Source of the DNA: Deltaproteobacteria bacterium
GTDB lineage: Bacteria > Desulfobacterota > JAJRXV01
DNA: 64,000 bases
Assembly (NCBI GenBank): GCA_024275075.1
Contig: JAJRZU010000070.1
Coordinates: 17,234 to 81,233 of the forward strand
Direction: 5' to 3'
In this document: positions 60,821 through 64,000 of the stretch, one piece after another
Position numbering within the stretch: the first letter of the stretch is position 1
Layout: each line of letters begins with the position of its first letter
Made by a program: the position numbers and the translations under genes
Notes under the pieces: generated by a model
Told to the model about the DNA's origin: nothing
Databases searched by the model: none
What the model saw: the letters and a program-made list of their open reading frames with translations, nothing else

Positions 60821-61004
60821 ATTCAGACCGTACTTTCCGCATAAAAAATATTATATTAATATCTTGTAATCCATACCGCTACTTAACGAACCCGATTAAT
60901 CCAGCCAGCCATAATTTCCTTGACAAATTCTGAATAAAATATGTATAAGTTGTTTAAGCAAAGTGCTTGAAAAGCAAATTGTATTTTTGGGTCCCGGGGG
61001 GATT

Positions 61005-62651
61005 ATGCTCGAAAAACTTATCTTTGGTCTGATCGGTGGACTCGGGATGTTCTTGTTTGGTATGAAGATTATGTCCGAAGGTTTGCAGAAGATCTCTGGT
61101 GACAGGATCAGAAGAACATTAGAGGCATTGACAACTAACAGGATAATGGGCTTACTCGTCGGGCTGGTTGTCACATCGATCATTCAAAGTAGCAGCGCTA
61201 CTACCGTTATGGTAGTCGGGTTCGTCAACGCCGGTCTGATGACGCTTGCTCAATCGATCGGGGTCATTTTAGGCGCGAATATCGGTACCACCATCACTGC
61301 CCAGATGATCGCATTCAAAGTGCACCATTACGCCCTGCCAATCTTAGGTATCGGTGTTTTCCTCAAGACATTTTCATCAAGTAAGCGATGGACATACATC
61401 GGGGAGGCAATGTTAGGTTTCGGGCTCATCTTTTATGGACTCGTTGTCATGAAAGGAGCTTTTGCGCCGCTAAAGACAAATCAGGCATTCATCAGTTATT
61501 TCACTCTATTCGGTGATAATCCCATTATAGGGGTATTGGTTGGGGCGGCATTGACTCTTGTCGTTCAGAGTAGCAGCGCGACAATCGGTATCACCATGAC
61601 GCTCGCTTCCTCTGGCCTGCTCAGCTTTTATGCCGCTGTTGCGCTCATTCTCGGAGAAAATATCGGTACTACGATCACCGCGAATCTGGCAAGCATCGGT
61701 ACTAATACGAACGCGAAGAGGGCGGCGAGGGCGCACCTGCTCTTTAATCTTATCGGTACCTTATACATGCTGATGATCCTGCCGTATTTCGTAACTTTTA
61801 TTGATTATATCACACCAAACAGCGCAGACTTTGTAAACGCGATTAATGAAAAACCCTTTATCGGCAGGCATATCGCTAACGCGCATTCATTGTTTAACGT
61901 ACTGAACGTACTCATATTTCTGCCATTTACCGGTTACTTAGCAAAAGCCGCTTCATTTATGGTGCCGCAAAAAGAGGGTGAGGAGGTAGAGTACGCGCTA
62001 AAATATCTGGATAACAAATTATTAAACACACCGGTCATCGCGATAAGTGAGGCGCGTAAATAAGTCGTGCGTATGGCGGAGATATCTCTTTCCATGTATA
62101 ATAATTCCATTGAATTCATTATGAATAATGATATGAAATTATTAAAGAAAATAACGAAAAAAGAGGGGATTGTCGATCTGCTGCAAAAAGATATTACAAA
62201 TTTCTTAGTGGAGATTTCACAGCAATCGATAACAAAGGATATCTCTAAAGAGATCGCGTCCTTACTTCACATGGTAAATGATTTAGAACGGATAGGCGAT
62301 CATTGCGAGAATCTCGCGAAACTGACTGAAAAGATAATCGATGGCAAGATAAAGATATCTGAAGGCGCGCTTGAAGAATTAAAGGATATTTCAGGCATTA
62401 CAAGGGAATTCATAGAGAGTACGGTAAAGGTTATCGGTGCGAAGAACAAGAAGTTCTTGCAAAACGCGCGCTACTTTGAGTCCCGTATCGATAAATTAGA
62501 GGATAATTATCGGGAGAACCACATAAAGCGGCTGAACGAGGGGCGGTGCAAAGTCACTGCCGGTCTGATCTATGTTGATATGCTCGCCAATTTCGAGAAG
62601 CTTGGCGACCATACATACAACATCGCGGAGGCTATCGCCGGTATCAAATAA
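61005..62651 (+). CDS. Na+/phosphate cotransporter (NptA family) fused to PhoU-like domains, interrupted by in-frame TAA at 62061-62063
   Basis: Na_Pi_cotrans repeats (QSSSATTVMVVGFVNAG.., QSSSATIGITMTLASSG..). After ..ISEARK*, same-frame PhoU-like helices follow (track ORF 62067-62651). This matches the usual single-polypeptide NptA-PhoU architecture. Confidence 0.75.
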
Positions 62652-62662
62652 CACAAAACATT

Positions 62663-64000
62663 TTGAATAACTATAAAGAACCGAAAAAGAATCCATTTGC
62701 AGGCATCTTCACCATCAAAAACCTCATTACAGGGGTGCTGTTTGCCGTCGCGCTCAAGCTGTTTTCATCAAGAACGGCAGACTACGACCTGTTTGGTCAT
62801 CTAAAGACCGGCGAGATGTTGCTTAATGATTTTGGCCTGCTGAAAAAGGAGATCTTCTCCTTTACCGCTTCTGATGCTTATGTCGTCAACCACGAGTGGC
62901 TCTCGCAGATGCTCTTGGCATATCTACACAAGCTTTTTGGCGCCACAGGCCTTATCGTCATGAAAATCAGTGTCGGGATGGCCTCCGCTTTCACCCTTTA
63001 CAGGATAATCACATCAAAAACAAAGAATATCATCGTCCTGCCGCTTGTATTCCTGCTCGCGGTGCAGGCGCTGTCCCGGGGGTTCTTGTTCAGGCCGCAG
63101 ATATTTTCGTACCTGTATCTGCTGATTCTGGCTTACCTGTTCGCGACTTATGACGAAAAGGGGAAGTATTTCTACATAGTGCCGGGTATCTTCCTTTTCT
63201 GGGTAAACATGCACGGCGCGTTTGTTGCCGGACTCGCTTTCCTGTTCTTATTTCTCGTATCAAAAACAGTCGATTTTTACAAAGTGTCCGGTAAGGGTTT
63301 TTATAAGTCGAAGGAGTTTTTGACTCTGGCCGCCATCTGTTTCTTATCGCTTATGATAACTCTGCTAAACCCCTATGGCATCAAGCTTTATTCTTATATC
63401 GCTTATGAGATGTCACTGGGTATATCCAGGCAGTATATCACCGAGTGGCAGCCATTTACTTTCGCAATGCGCGAGATGCCTTTCTTTATTACACTAATTA
63501 TTTACATAGCTTCACTGATCTTCTCAAAAGAGAGGGTTACGCTAAAGGATCTGCTCATACCTATGTCCGCGGCTGCTTTGGGGCTGACGTCCGTACGGCA
63601 CACACCGATATTCGCCATCATGGCGGCCGGCGTTATATCAGACAGATTAGGGTATATCGCCGATACCCTGCGGGTCGGTAATAACGCGCAGGATACTTAC
63701 TCGCCCGCGGAGAGGTACACGAAGATATTTTTAACATTAGTCATTGTGCTGTTCCTTTACATCTCTACGGGACCCGGTCTGCCGGATAAGCGGGCAATAT
63801 ACTTAGAGGGTGATCCGTACCCTGTAGATACCGTGAATTTCATCAGGGTGAACGGTCTTAAGGGTAAACTGTGGCTGCCGCATAATTATGGGATGTACGC
63901 GATCTACTATTTATATCCAGACACTAAGGTCTCTATAGACGGCAGGTGGGCGACGGTATACCCGAAGGAGCTGATGCAAGACGCGATGGATTTCTCCTTT
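62663..64000 (+). CDS. Polytopic membrane protein (3'-partial, runs off window; not in ORF track)
   Basis: Open frame 2 from TTG 62663 (or ATG 62816) to the window end with no stop. Multiple hydrophobic helices (..LPLVFLLAVQALSRGFLF..IFLFWVNMHGAFVAGLAFLFLF..). Confidence 0.5.
   Translation, partial: MNNYKEPKKNPFAGIFTIKNLITGVLFAVALKLFSSRTADYDLFGHLKTGEMLLNDFGLLKKEIFSFTASDAYVVNHEWLSQMLLAYLHKLFGATGLIVMKISVGMASAFTLYRIITSKTKNIIVLPLVFLLAVQALSRGFLFRPQIFSYLYLLILAYLFATYDEKGKYFYIVPGIFLFWVNMHGAFVAGLAFLFLFLVSKTVDFYKVSGKGFYKSKEFLTLAAICFLSLMITLLNPYGIKLYSYIAYEMSLGISRQYITEWQPFTFAMREMPFFITLIIYIASLIFSKERVTLKDLLIPMSAAALGLTSVRHTPIFAIMAAGVISDRLGYIADTLRVGNNAQDTYSPAERYTKIFLTLVIVLFLYISTGPGLPDKRAIYLEGDPYPVDTVNFIRVNGLKGKLWLPHNYGMYAIYYLYPDTKVSIDGRWATVYPKELMQDAMDFSF

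Noticed and set aside
1-64000. Genome-wide reassignment of TAA and/or TAG to a sense codon
   Set aside because: Most genes terminate at TAA or TAG exactly at conserved C-termini (IclR, purH, MCP, mlaD, cooS and others). Reading through would fuse unrelated neighbours, for example IclR with the TrxR-like gene. Any read-through must therefore be site-specific or low-level.

Overview
**Window overview.** The 64-kb window is a densely coded bacterial chromosomal segment, roughly 50% GC, with genes on both strands and short intergenic gaps. No transposase, integrase, tRNA, rRNA or CRISPR array was seen. Gene content points to an anaerobic, diderm (Gram-negative-type) bacterium:
- Ni-CO dehydrogenase CooS with RseC.
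- A complete Bat aerotolerance operon: MoxR, DUF58, BatA to BatE and extra BatD-like paralogs.
- A roughly 13-heme cytochrome c.
- A selenocysteine-containing SelD.
- Outer-membrane and periplasm markers: TamB, an MlaD/MCE protein, a BamB-like lipoprotein, a Spy/ZraP-like protein with CopA, and a SurA-like PPIase.
- Other content includes a purine cluster (purH; purC, a chemoreceptor, fused purS-purL, purQ, purF), mutL, miaA, scpAB, rluB, smpB, oppDF-like ATPases and an Na/Pi cotransporter-PhoU fusion.

**Most striking observation.** At least eight conserved genes are interrupted by a single in-frame TAA or TAG nonsense codon, with homology continuing in the same frame on both sides and no frameshift.
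- The sites are in smpB (codon 3), purS-L (two sites), purQ, a HEAT-repeat lipoprotein, a Spy-like chaperone, the multiheme cytochrome and nptA-phoU.
- Separately, an A10 tract sits at a zinc-ribbon/RDD junction that a one-nucleotide slip would fuse.
- Separately, selD carries a selenocysteine UGA.
- Together these suggest either nonsense suppression or programmed read-through, or an unusual burst of nonsense mutations.

**Other notable features.**
- A 33-nt element occurs twice in inverted orientation about 18 kb apart.
- A conserved upstream motif is shared by purQ and a LysW-like small ORF.
- A family of near-identical terminator hairpins occurs at several gene ends.
- A perfect 138-bp tandem duplication lies inside the cytochrome gene.

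Coordinates follow the supplied ORF track where possible. Several starts were moved to internal ATG codons with a ribosome-binding site.
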